From: Scenedesmus sp. PABB004
Lineage: Eukaryota
NCBI GenBank assembly: GCA_014905635.1
Contig: JABVCE010000011.1
Span: 1,178,001 to 1,242,000 of the forward strand
DNA length: 64,000 nucleotides
Direction: 5' to 3'
A program made the translations under genes and the position numbers. The notes under the pieces were generated by a model. The model saw nothing but the letters and a program-made list of their open reading frames with translations. It ran no database searches and was not told where the DNA came from. This document shows positions 1 to 11,846 of the stretch, piece by piece. Each line of letters starts with the position of its first letter. The first letter of the stretch is position 1.

Positions 1-74
1 TGCGCGCCCCCGGAGTCCGGGGCCCGGACCGCGCGCCCGCGCCTGACGCGCCGCCCCCGCCGCCGACGCCCCAG

Positions 75-822
75 GCCACCCCGCGCTGCGCACGCTGGGC
101 GTCATGCTTGGGGCGCTGGGGAGCAGCTGCAGCTGCAGCTGCCGCAGGGGCCCGCCGCCGCCGCCCGGCGCACCGGCCGAGTCGCTGGCGGCCGCGCTGG
201 TGCGCGCGCTGCTGCAGTCGGCCCGCATCGCCCGCGGCGGCGGCGGCGCGGCGGCGGCGGCGACGGCGGCGCGCGCGGCTGCACGGTGCCGCAGCTGCTG
301 GGCGTGCTGCGCTCGCTGCCGGCGCTGACCGAGGTGGAGCTCTGGGGCCACGCCGGCGGGCTGTCGGGCCGGGCGCTGGCGGCGGTGCGGCTGCCGCGCG
401 GCGTCGCGTGCGGCTGCGGCGCGCGCGGCGGCAGCCTGCTGAGCTCTGCCGGTGCCCTGCTCAGCCCCCGCAGCCAGGCGGCCGCGCCAGGCGGCGCGGC
501 GCTGCGAGCGGGCGGGCAGCAGCCTGCCGAGCAGCCGGCGGCCAAGGCCGGCGCCGGGCCAGGGGCCTGGCCGGGCGGCGCCGGAGGAAGCGGCGCCGGA
601 GGAAGCGGCGCCGCTGGGCAGGCGCCGCTGGAGCCGCCCGCGTGCGCGTGCGCTGGCGCCGCCGAGCGCGAGCTGGTCGGGCAGCTGCAGCGCGAGCTCC
701 CGGGCTTGGCACGCGTGGAGCTGCGGCGCTGCCGGCACCTGCCGCAGGGCGGCTGGCAGCTGGCGGCCGAGCGCTGCGGGCGCGGCGGCGGCGCAGCTGT
801 GACCGTGACCGGCTGGCCGTGA
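75..822 (+). CDS. 3' terminal exon of an LRR/F-box-LRR-like protein (partial; apparent frameshift near 285)
   Basis: CCAG acceptor at 71-74; LRR-like segments HPALRTLGV, LPALTEVELWG, LPGLARVELRRC; stop at 820-822. Confidence 0.45.
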
Positions 823-1043
823 CCGGCCGGCTGTGTGAGCGCGCACCGCGTCGCGGCGGTGGCCCTGGCCCGCAGAGCAGCTGCGAGGCGCGGCACCGTG
901 CGCACGGTGCTCGTAACCATCACCGCCGCCGGCTCAAACATGACAACGCCGGCACCGCGGGCCGATCGACGGCGCGCTGCGCCCGCCTCGCACGCCGCAG
1001 CGCGCGCCGCCGTGCGGCCGCCGCGCCGCCCACGGGCGTCACA

Positions 1044-2645
1044 TCACTCCCAGTCGTCCACGCGCTCGTAGCGGCGCTGCGGCAGCGGCGGCGGCTGCGA
1101 CTGCGACTGCGGCTGCGACAGCGGCGGCGGCGGCGCCTCGCCCGGCGCGAGCGGCGGCAGCGCGCCGTCCGGCGCGTACGGGTAGCCGCCGTCCTGCAGC
1201 AGCCCCGCGGCGGCGGCGCCGCCGCCGTAGTCCTGCGCGCTGCCCAGCCAGGCACCGTCCGCCTGGTAGGCGCCGCCGCCGCCGCCGCCGTACGGCGCGC
1301 CGTAGCCCGGCGCGCCGCCGTACGGCTGCTGTTGCTGCTGCTGCTGGAACGGCGGCAGCGGCGCGCCGCTGGCCGGGCCGCCGACGAGCTGCTGCTGCTG
1401 CTGCTGCTGCGGGTCGTCGTACGCTGCGTACAGCCCCTCCGGCTGCGCCTGCGCCTGCTGGCCCCAGTATGCGGCGTAGCCGCGCGCCGGCTCGCCCGGC
1501 GGCAGGCCCCAGCGCCCGCCCGCCTGCTGCGGCTGCTGCTGCTGCAGCGGCTGCGGCGCGCCCGTCGCCCAGGGCGCCAGGCCCGCGCGCTCCGCGCCGC
1601 CCGGCGGCAGGTAGCCGGGCGCGCCATAGGCGTCGTCGGGCCCCGCGCCCAGCCCCATGCCCGCCTGGCCGCCGTAGCCCTCCGGCGGCGGCAGCCCGCC
1701 CATGCCGCCGCCCTCCTCCTCCTCGTTGACCTGGGCGCGCAGCTTGAACGCCTCGAGGCCGTACCAAAACGCCACCGACGTGGTCAGCGCCTGGCGGCGC
1801 AGCGCGCGGCGCAGGCGGCGCGGTCGGCGGGGGCAGGCGGCGCAGGCGGCGGCAGCGAGCCGGCGCGCCGCGGCGCGGCCGGCCGGGGCGGCGGGGCTGC
1901 GCGGCGAGCCTGGCGCAAGAGCCTCGCGCGCGCGGCGCGGCGCGCCTGGCAGAGCAGTAGCAGCGGGTCGAGGCGCCAGCCCTGGAAGATGAGCGTGCTG
2001 CCGACGATCGAGATCATCGCCGCGACCACGATGTCGGCGTCGCGCGACACCTCACGCTGCATGTTGCGCACCTGGCGGCGGCGGCGGCGCGCAGCGGTGT
2101 GCGGCGGCGCGAGTCCGCGGCGCGCGCGGCGCATGGCGGCCGGGCGGCGAGGCGCGGCGCGCGTGGCGCACCTGCAGCAGCGCGATGCCGCAGCCGATGA
2201 GCGTGATGCCGAGCACCAGCGAGGGGCTGGCAAAGTCGACGTTGATCATCGCGAGCGGCGGCAGGCCGGCGCCCGGCGGCAGCGCTGCCGCGCCGCCGCC
2301 GCCGCGGGCGCCGCGGCGTGGCGCCGGCGCCGCCAGAGCGGCCGACCGGGGCGCCAGCGCGGGGCCCGCGGGCCGAGCGCGGCGGAGCGCCGACGCGCGG
2401 CCGCCCGCGAGCGGCGCGGCGGGCGCCGCTGCCGCCGCTGCCGCCGGCGTGCAGCCGCGGCGCAGGGCGGCCATGGACGCGCGTGTGCTGCGCCCGGCCA
2501 CGGCCGCCGGGACGCTTGCCTGGGAGCGGGGCGAATTGCGGGCGGCGTGGGCGCGTGCGGGCGAGCTGGGCGCCCGCATGTGCCGCGGCGCGCAGGGCGC
2601 GGCGCGCCTCACCCGCGCGGCGCCTGCGGGCGCTACCGCCCGCAT
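1044..2645 (-). CDS. ycf66: Ycf66-family protein, nuclear-encoded, with putative plastid transit peptide and Q/P/G/Y-rich tail (4 exons)
   Basis: Spliced peptide MINVDFASPSLVLGITLIGCGIALLQ|VRNMQREVSRDADIVVAAMISIVGSTLIFQGWRLDPLLLLCQ|ALTTSVAFWYGLEAFKLR has the Ycf66_N signature (SRD.D, FQGWRLDP); Ala/Arg-rich N-terminus; start codon choice uncertain. Confidence 0.88.
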
Positions 2646-2929
2646 CTGCGGCCTCAGAAGAGTGGGGGCACCGGTTGGCCGCAAACGCCCGCGCTTGGAG
2701 TGAGGGCGCGGGCTCGACGGGCGCGCAGCGTGCGGCGGGCCTGCGGGGCGCGTGTGGTGCTCGACGAGCGTCACTGCAGGCACGCGCCAACCGGGCGCCC
2801 TGAATAGACCGCCGCTGCACCGCGCGCCGCTGCACCGCCGCCCGTCACGCCGCGCGCCGCTGCGATCGGGCGCACGCGCCGCGCGCCCGCCGCCGCCGCA
2901 CACGCGCCGCCGCCGCACCACCGCACGCC

Positions 2930-3653
2930 ATGGACGCCCCAGCGCCGCCGCGCGCGGGCTGGGCGGAGCTCGCGCCGCGCGTGGCCGCAGCGCTCGCCGA
3001 CGTGTTTGGCCACGCGAGCTTCCGGGGGTCCCAGGAGGCCGCCGTCCGCGCGGCGCTGGAGGGTGCGCGCCGCCGCCGCCGCCGCCACAAGCACCAGCGC
3101 TCGCGCGCGCTGCTCACGCGCCGGCGCACCGCGGGGAGCCAGGGCGCGACTCCTTTGTGCTGATGCCGACGGGCGGTGGCAAGAGCCTCTGCTACAGCCT
3201 GCCGGCGGTCGTGGGCGGCGGCCTGGTGCTCGTCGTCTCGCCGCTGATCGGTGCGGCGGCCCGCCGCGGCGCGCGACCACCCGCGCTGCTGCGGCGCGCG
3301 ACCGCCCGCGCCGCGCACCCGCGCGCCCCGCGCACCCCGCGCACCCCTGCAGCGCTGATGCAGGACCAGGTCGCGGCGCTGCGCGGCCGCGGCGTGGCGG
3401 CCGACTACCTCTCGAGCAGCCGCTCGCCGGCGGAGCGCGCCGACACGCTGCGCCGCCTCGACGCGCTCGCGAGCGCCAGCGCCGGCGGCGGCAGTGGCAG
3501 CAGCGCCGGCGGCGCCGGCGGCGGCGGCGAGCGCCTGCTGCTGCTGTACGTCACGCCCGAGCTGCTCGCGACCGACAGGCGCGCGCCGCGCGAGCGCGGG
3601 CCGCCGCCAGGCAGCCGCGCCCCCGCGGACGCGCGGCGCGGCGCGCCGACCGT

Positions 3654-3691
<38 letters not shown>

Positions 3692-4398
3692 CGCAGCTTT
3701 CGGCAGCGCCTCGCCGCGCTGCACGCCGCGCGCGCGCTGCAGATGCTCGCCGTCGACGAGGCGCACTGCATCAGCGAGGCGCGGCGCGGCGCGGCGCGGC
3801 GCACCCCGCGCCCGCGGCGCGCGCCGCCCGCCGCCGCGTAGCCGGCGCCCCTGAATGTCGCCATGCGCGTCGCCGCGCAGTGGGGGCACGACTTTCGGCC
3901 CAAGTTCCGGCAGCTCTCGGCGCTGCGGGCGCAGCTGCGCGGCCTGCCGTGCATGGCGCTCACCGCGACCGCGACGCGCCAGGTCCGGAGGGGGCCCGGG
4001 GCCGCGTGGCGCGTCGCATGCGCGGCCGCCGCCCGCGCGCGCCTCTCTCGCCCGACCCGGCCGCACCTGGCGCGCCGCCGCCGCCGCCACGCGCCGTCAC
4101 GGCGCAGGTGCGAGAGGACGTCATCGCCAGCCTGCGCCTGGCCGACCCCGCGGTGCTCCTGAGCAGCTTCAACCGCCCCAACATCCACTACACGGTCGTC
4201 CTGCTCGATGTGCAGCAGCCGGCGCAGGGTTTAGGGGCGCCGCAGGCGGCGCGGCAGGCGGCCCTCGGCGGCCTCGCGGGCGACGGCGAGGAGGAGGGGT
4301 GGGACGACCCCGTCGACGCCGCGGCCTGCCGGCAGCTGCTGGCGCTGCTCAAGCCCGGCGGCGGCGCGCGGCAGGAGGGGCGGCAGCAGCAGGAGGGG

Positions 4399-4479
<81 letters not shown>

Positions 4480-6661
4480 GGCCAGGCCGGCCAGGCAGGG
4501 GCCAGGCGCTGGCCCGGCCCCGTGGCCATCGTGTATGCGCTCAAGCGCTCCACCGTCGACGCGCTCGCGCGCCGCCTCGCCGCCGAGGGCCTCGCGTGCG
4601 CGGCGTACCACGCCGCCCTGCCCGACGCGACGCGCGCGGACGTGCTGCAGCGCTGGCGCGCCGGCGCGCTGCAGGTGGTCACCGCGACCGTGGCCTTTGG
4701 CCTGGGCATGGACAAGGGTGCGCGCCGCGCCGGCGGGGGCGCCGCCCGGGCGCGGCCGCGCTCGCCGGCCGCTGGCTGCTGACCGGACCGCTCTCGCATG
4801 CGCGGGCGCGCACGTGCGTGCCTGCGCGTGCTGCTGCCGCAGCCGACGTGGAGCTGGTGGTGCACTTCAACCTGCCGCGGTGCGCGCGGCGCGCCCGGGG
4901 GCCGCGCACGCACGCGCGGGGCGGCGCCCCCCGGGCTCTTCCGCGGGCCCCGCGAGCGCGCGCCCAGCTGGCCCGCCGCCGCCGCCATGCCGCCGCCGCG
5001 GCCGCCGCCGCCGCCGCCGCCGCCACGCCGCCGCCGCCGCCGCCGCCGCGGCGCCGCGCGGCCGCCGCGGCGCGCAGGAGCGTGGAGGGTTTCTACCAGG
5101 AGAGCGGCCGCGCCGGGCGGGGCGGGCAGCCCGCGCGCAGCGTGCTGCTGTACGCGACGCGCGACCGCCGGCGGATGGACTGGATCCTGCAAAAGGACGC
5201 GGACGGCAGGGCGGCCAAGCGGCGCGCCAAGGCCGCGGCGCGCGGCGGCGGCGCGCACCGCGGCGGCGGCGGCGACGCCGCGCCCGACGCCGCGGCGTCC
5301 GCGGCGTCTGCGCTGCGCGCGTTTGGCGCCGTCGTCGACCTCTGCACGCAGCCCGGCTGCCGCCGCGCGCGCCTGCTGCGCCACTTTGGCGAGGAGGGCG
5401 GGGCGCGCCGGCAGCAGCAGCGCTGCTGCGACCACTGTGACGACCCGGCGGCCGCGGCGGCGGCGGCGGAGCGGCTCAAGGCGGCCGAGGCGGAGCTGGC
5501 GCAGCGCTGGCGCGGCGGCGGTCACGGCGGTGGCGGCGGCGGCGGTGCACGGCGGCGGCGGCGCCAGGGCGCCGGCGCGTTTGACCATGACGCCTGGGCG
5601 GGCGGCAGCTCCGACGAGGACGAGGGCGGCGCGGCAGCGCGAGGTCGGGGCCGCGGCGCGGTTGTGCGCGCCGCGGCGAGCGGCAGCAGCTGGGGGGATG
5701 GGCGGGGCTGGCCGCCGAGCGCACGCGCACGCGCCGCGCCGCCGCCGCGCAGGCTCCGACAACAGCGGCGACGACGCGGAGCTGGACCCCGACCCCGCGG
5801 CGGCGGCGGTGGCGGCGGCGCGGGCCCGCGCGGCCGCCCGCTCGGCGGCGCGCGGCGGGGGCGCTGGGTTTGTGGACGCGATGCTGCGGGCCGAGGTGCA
5901 GCACGAGCGGCGCGCCGCGGCCGCGGCGGCCGGCGACGGCGACCCGCTCGCGCGGCTGCTGGCGGCCAAGGCCGCGCGGCAGGTGTGTCTTTGTGTGTGG
6001 TGGTTGGGGGGGGGGGGGGGGCACGCAGTTTGCTGAGCGGGCCGGCCGGGGGCGCGGCGGCGCCTGGGCTGCGTGCCCGCCCCGCTGACAGGCCGCGCCG
6101 CGCGCCCGCAGGCGCCCGGCGCGCCGCCCGCGGGCGCGCTGACCGACGCGCTGCGCGCCGCGCGGCGCGCCAAGCTGGCCGAGGCGCTGGCCGCCAACGC
6201 CAGCCTCGGCGGCGCGACGCCACGGGTCGCCGCCGACATCGCGGCCGCGCTCGAGGCGCCCGCCGCGGCCGGCGGCGCGGGCGCCGCCGCGCACCGCGCC
6301 GCGCTGGCGCGGCTGGTCGCCGACGCCAGGGCCGCGACCGGGTGGCTGTCCCTGCCCGGCCTCGCCGCGCTCACCGGCGACGGCCTGGCCGCCGTCCTGC
6401 GCCTCGGCACGCGCGACGCCGCGGCCGCCGCCGCGGCGCTGGCCGCCCGCCGCGACAGCGCGGACGGCGGCGCCGGCGACGCCGGCGCCGTCGAGGCGGC
6501 GCTCGCAGCGCTGGCGTCGCTGCCGGTGACCGCGGACGCGCTCGAGGCGAGCGGCGCGGCGCGGGCGGTCAAGCCGCTGCGCCGCCACCCGGACGCGCGC
6601 GTCGCGGCGGGCGCGGGCGGCGGTCATCGCGGCCTGGCGGGCGGCCGTGGGCGGGGGGTGA
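2930..6661 (+). CDS. RecQ-family DNA helicase (RECQ3/RECQ5-like) with C-terminal KIX-like and TFIIS-N-like domains; about 10 exons
   Basis: Motifs [88 protein letters not shown]; Zn motif [12 protein letters not shown]...CCDHC; stop at 6659-6661 needs a 1-nt correction near 6617. Confidence 0.93.
4402..4476 (+). repeat. (CAG)~25 coding microsatellite (polyQ) in RecQ
   Basis: Uninterrupted CAG run, in frame. Confidence 0.95.
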
Positions 6662-6768
6662 CCGCTGTGCGGGGCCGTGCGCGCGCGCCGGAACGCCCGT
6701 CGCCAGCCGCGTCAGCGCGCGCCAGCAGCGCGCGCCGCGGGGCCGGGCCGCGGCGGCGGCCGCGGACC

Positions 6769-6858
6769 GCGCACAGCGCGCAGTGCTTCAGCTCGTGCAT
6801 CTCAAAGTCCCAAGCCGGCACTTGAGACGAGCGAGCTGAAGCACTGCGCGCTGTGCGC
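6769..6858. ncRNA. Long hairpin, candidate miRNA precursor
   Basis: 6769-6795 is the exact reverse complement of 6832-6858 (27 bp); further inner pairing TCTCAA/TTGAGA; the hairpin is seen directly, the miRNA call is inference. Confidence 0.45.
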
Positions 6859-7395
6859 AGCGCGGGCCCGCGCCGCTGCCGCTGCTCGCGCTGAGATCGC
6901 CGCCGCCGGCGCAGAGGGGACGCCGCCGCCGCGCGCTGCGGCAGACCTGCTGGCGACGGCGCCCCAGCAAGGCTAGCGCGACGCGCGGTGCGCGCGGCGG
7001 CGGCACCGGCGCCAGCGCGCGCGCGCGCGGCCGGGCGGGCCGGGCGCCCTGCGCCACCGCGCGCTGGCCCCGCCTGGTGCTTAGCGCGTCGGGGCACGCC
7101 GCCCCGCCGCTTATGTCGGCGCGCGCTGACTGACACGCGGCGTAACACACCGGCGCGCAGGCGTGCCCTGCCCGCGCAGCGCAGCACTCGCACTGCAGAT
7201 CCCGCGCGCCTCCCTCGCCGCCGCCCGCCCGCGCGCTCCACCGCGCGCCACCGCCCACCGCTCCAGCGCGCTGCCCCGCGCCCCGGGCCACCCCGGCGCG
7301 AGCAGCCCCCGGCGCCGGCCCCCAGCGCGCCCCGCGTCCAGCGCCGGCGTCCAGCGGCTCCCGCGCGACCGCAGCGCGCCAGTCGCGGCCACAAC

Positions 7396-9700
7396 ATGAT
7401 CCTCGAGCGCGCCGCTCGCTGCGGGGGCGCCGCCGCGGGTGCGGCGCGGGCGCGGGCGCCTGCGCGGGCTTAGGGCGAGCTGGGGCCGGGCGGGCGGCGC
7501 GGGGGGCGGGCCGTGGGGCGTGCATGCGTTATGTGCATCCCGCCCGCCCCACAGCAGCGCCGCGCCGCCCCGCCCCGCGCTGCATTGCCCGCAGGCGCGC
7601 CCGCGCGGCCCTGCCCGCCCGGTCGGGCGCGCGCGGTGCGCTGCCGCGGCGTGGCGGCCGCGGAGCGCACCGCTGCGCAGGCGCCGGGCCCGGTCATCAT
7701 GAACGGCCAGGTGCTGCACAGCATAACGCAGGAGCGCCTGGAGCTGGTGAAGACGCTGGGCCCGCACCTGGAGACGCAGGCGCGCCCGCGGCGCCGCGCC
7801 GGGCCAGGGGGGCGGGCGCATCATCAGCAGCGCCCCCGCGCGCCCCCGCCTCACACGCCCCGCCCCCCGGCCGGCGCGCAGGTGCTGCCGCTGCTCAAGG
7901 ACCCCTCCAAGTCCTGGCAGCCCGCCGACTTCCTGCCGGACTCCAGCGACCCAGACTTCCTGGGCAAGGTGCGCGCGCACGCAGCTGCCGCCGCTGCTGC
8001 CGCCGCCGCTGCCGCTGCCGTCGCTCGCACGGGCTGCCGCCGGCGCTCGTGCGGGTTGCAGAGGTAACGTTGCAGCCGCCGTTCAGGACGCGGCTGCAAC
8101 GTGACCTCCACAACCCGCACGGCTCAGGCCGCAGCCCGTCCGCTGGGCCTCCCGGCGCTCACGCGCCGCCCGCGCCGCCCGCCCGCAGGTGCAGGAGCTG
8201 CGCAAGAGGACCGACCAGCTGCCGGACGACTATCTCGTCGTCTTTGTCGGTGCGCGCCGCGCCAGCAGCACCGGCAGCGCCGGCCGCGCCGGCCGCGCCG
8301 GCGGCGCAGCAGCGGCGGCAGCAGTGGCGGGAGCTCGCCCGCCCCGCCCACGTCCGCGCCCCGCCCGCGCCTGCGCGCGCGCCGCCGCGGCCAGGCGACA
8401 TGATCACCGAGGAGGCGCTGCCGACGTACATGGCGATGCTCAACACGCTCGACGGCGTGCGCGACGAGACGGGCGCGTCGCCGACGCCGTGGGGCCGCTG
8501 GACGCGCGAGTGGACGGCCGAGGAGAACCGCCACGGCGACGTCATGAACAAGTACATGTACCTCACCGGCCGGTGAGGGAGCGAGAGGGCTGGGCGGTGC
8601 TGGGCGGCCGAGGGCGAGAGGGCGGGGGCGGTGCTGCGCGGCGGCTGCTGGGCGGCGGCTGCGCGGCAGCGGCTGCGCGGGGCGGGCGTGGGCGCCGCGA
8701 GGGCGGCAGCGGCGCAGGCCGGCCGCGGCAGCCGCCCGCCGGCCCCTCCCGTCCCCGCCGCCGCCGCCGCGTGCCCTAAACCCTACCCGCCCCGCGCGCC
8801 CCGCGCGCGCGCCCCGCCCGCAGCGTCAACATGCGCGCGATCGAGGTGACGATCCAGAACCTCATTGGCAGCGGCATGGACCCCAAGACCGAGAACAACC
8901 CCTACCTCGGCTTCATCTACACCAGCTTCCAGGAGCGCGCGACCAAGGTGCGGCGGCGTTGTTCGATTGTTTGCTCAGTACCGAACAAACATATGGGGGC
9001 GCGCGGCGGCGGTTGGCGGCGGTGGTGGTGGTGGTTGGTGGCGGTTGATGGCGACGGCGGCGGCACGCAGCGGGGAGCGACTGGCGGGGCGTGCGTGCGA
9101 GGGTCTGCACTGGAGCCGCAGGCGGAGGCGGCGAGGCGGGAGGGCGGGCGGCGAGCTCACGCGCCGCGCCGCCGCCGCCGCCGCCGCGTCGTCGTCCGCC
9201 GCCAGATCTCACACGGCAACACCGCGCGCCACGCGCTCGAGCACGGCGACGAGGTGCTGGCCAAGATCTGCGGCTCCATCGCGAGCGACGAGGGCCGGCA
9301 CGAGCAGGCGTACCAGCGCGTGCGTGACCCGCTGGGGGCTGCTCCTGCACACGCTCCCGCCGCGTCTCACCGCGCCGCCCCGCCCCGCCCTGCCCCTGCC
9401 CCGCCCTGCGCCCGCGCGCGTGCGCAGATCATGGACGCGGTGTACGAGAAGGACCCCAGCGGCGCGACGCTCGCGTTTGCCGACATGATGCGCAAGCAGA
9501 TCGTCATGCCCGCGCACCTCATGGACGACGGCGAGCACGCGGCCAAGACCGGGCGCAACCTCTTCGCGGTGAGGCAGGGGGCGCCCCGGGGGCGACGGAG
9601 AGGCCCGGCGCGGCGGCCGCGCGGGCCGCGCGCCCGGCGCCGCAGGCGGGCTGGCGGCCACGCCGGGGCCCGGTGGCCGGACGCCGCTCACACACCGCGC

Positions 9701-9732
<32 letters not shown>

Positions 9733-10193
9733 TCGCCAAACCAGGACTTTTCGTCCGTCGCGGAGCGCACGGGCACGTACACGGCGATGGACTACGCCGA
9801 CATCATGGACCACCTCATCGCGCGCTGGAAGGTCGGCGAGCGCAGCGACCTCGTCGGCGAGGTGCGCAGGGGTGACGGGGCTGACGCCGCGCCGCGCCGC
9901 GCTGCACGCTGCACGCCGCGCCGCGCCGCGCCACGGGGGCTCGGCCTGCCCGGCGGCGGCGGGTGCGCGCACGGGTGCGCGCACACACGCGCGCTCACGC
10001 CGCGGCCCCCGCCGTCCCTCCCGCCCGCCCACCCGCCCACCCCGCAAAGGCGTGCGAGGCCGCTGACTACCTGACCAAGCTGCCCGACCGCATCCGCAAG
10101 CTCACGGAGCGGCAAAACGCGCGCAAGGCCAAGGCCAAGGGCGCGACCAGCCCCTTCGCCTGGGTGTTTGACCGCCCCGTGGAGCTGGTGTGA
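7396..10193 (+). CDS. FAB2: Plastid stearoyl-ACP (delta-9) desaturase; 10 exons
   Basis: [79 protein letters not shown]; ends [13 protein letters not shown]. Confidence 0.97.
8048..8121. ncRNA. Intronic long hairpin in SAD intron 3, candidate miRNA precursor
   Basis: 8048-8079 pairs with 8090-8121 at 29 of 32 positions; outer ACGGGCTGC/GCAGCCCGT pairing extends it to 8029-8139. Confidence 0.45.
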
Positions 10194-11846
10194 GGCGGCG
10201 GCGCTGGCGTGGCGTGAGGCGGCGGGGGCAGTGCAGAGGCGGGGGGCGCGCTGGGGGCCGGCTGGACCAGGCAGGGGGCGCGCGCCGCGGCCGCCGCCGC
10301 CGCGCGCGGCGCGCGGCGCGCGCCCCGGGCGGCAGGGCGGCGCGGGGGGCGGCTCGCAGCAGGGATGGATGCAGGCGGGCGGGGGCTGCGCCCAGGCGCA
10401 CTGAGAGGTGCTGCTGGCGCGGCGGGCGGGGGCCCGGCCGCGCCCCACTGCTGCGGGCGCGGCCGGGCCCGGCGGGGGGCCGGCTGGCGGCGGGCCGGGA
10501 CGCGCCACCCGGCGGGGCGGGGGTGCGGCCGCCCGGCGCGCTGTACATGTGGTGGCGGGCGGGTGGAGGGGCCGAGCGAGGCACGCGCGGCCCCGCGCAT
10601 TCAGGGGCCGCGGCCTGCGCGCGCGGCGGGGCCGGCCGGCCGACGGCGCGGCGTGCGGGCGCGCGCGGGCGCGGCGCCGCCGCTTTGCTGCTCTGTGTTT
10701 CGAGTCGTGTGAGTCGTGCCGCGCCCGCGGCGGCGGCGCACAGGAGGAAAGGAGGGACGGCGAGGAGGAGGCCCTGGCCCTGGCCCGGTGGCGGGGCGGG
10801 CGGCGCTGTACAGCGGCCTGCGGGGGCCGTCCTGCCTCGCCTCGCTCTGCACAGCACTGCAGTTGGGGCGCGAGGGAGGCACTCTGGCGGCGCGCGCGGG
10901 GCGCGGCCGCACCACCAGCACATGCCCACAGAGCGCCCGCGCGGCGCGCGCGCGGGCGCAGCATGGTTGTTGCCTCGCACATTCACGACTGCAGGTTAGG
11001 GAGAGAGGCGGCGGCGCGATGCGCGCGGGGCGTGCGGGCGGGCCCAGACCTTGAGCAGCGGCGCGCGTGGGTTTTAACTTGGGAGTTGTCCGGTCTGAGG
11101 CTGGCGGGCAGCTCGGCAGTCAGCCTCCCTTTCCACCGCCGCCGCGACAGCTACGCACCCAGCGACGCCAGCACAAGCCTTGCGCCCCGCACGCGAGGAG
11201 GGCGGCGGCCAGTCAGGGCCTGATGCATGAAATGCGCGCGCTCGCGCGCAGGCCTGAGGCCGATAGATAGATAGCCGCGCCTGCAGGGGCGAGCCGTGGG
11301 TTGCAGCCAAGAGAGAATGGACGCGATCGATCGATGCAGGGCAGCCGGCCGTCTCAGCACGCGTGCGCCTGGAAGGGTTCTGCCCTCGCCGTTCCTGCAG
11401 CCGCGCCGTGCGGCGTGCGTGTGTGGGTTGGTCAAGGCTCAGCACGCCGCACAGTGGTCACGATCACCATGAACCCCCCCACCCGGCGCAGCCGCCCCGC
11501 CTCTTTTCAGAACGGGCCCCAGCCGCGAGCGCGCCAGCATTTTAGGTTGAGAGCCGCGACACGCCCTCGCGCAGTGCGGCTGCCGCCGCCGCCGCCGCAG
11601 GGGGCCATCGAGCCAGCCAGCCGGGGGCGGTCGGGAGGGGGCGGGGAACAAGAAGAAGGAGCAAAGACAGTGCGTGCGAAGCTGTGCGCCGCAGGCCGCA
11701 CGGTGCGCGGGCCGGCCTGCACAGCCAATCAACCAGGCCGCGGCCGCGCGCGGGGGCTGGCCGCCGCGCGCGGCCGCCGTCGGACCATGTGTGCCTGTGA
11801 GTTGATGTACAATGTACAAACAAGTACACGCGCGCGCCTAATCACA

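Noticed and set aside
11213..11260. Small stem with TGATG...CTGA in a lower-GC intergenic region
   Set aside because: Too short for a C/D snoRNA, degenerate box C, and the pairing is mostly GC repeat
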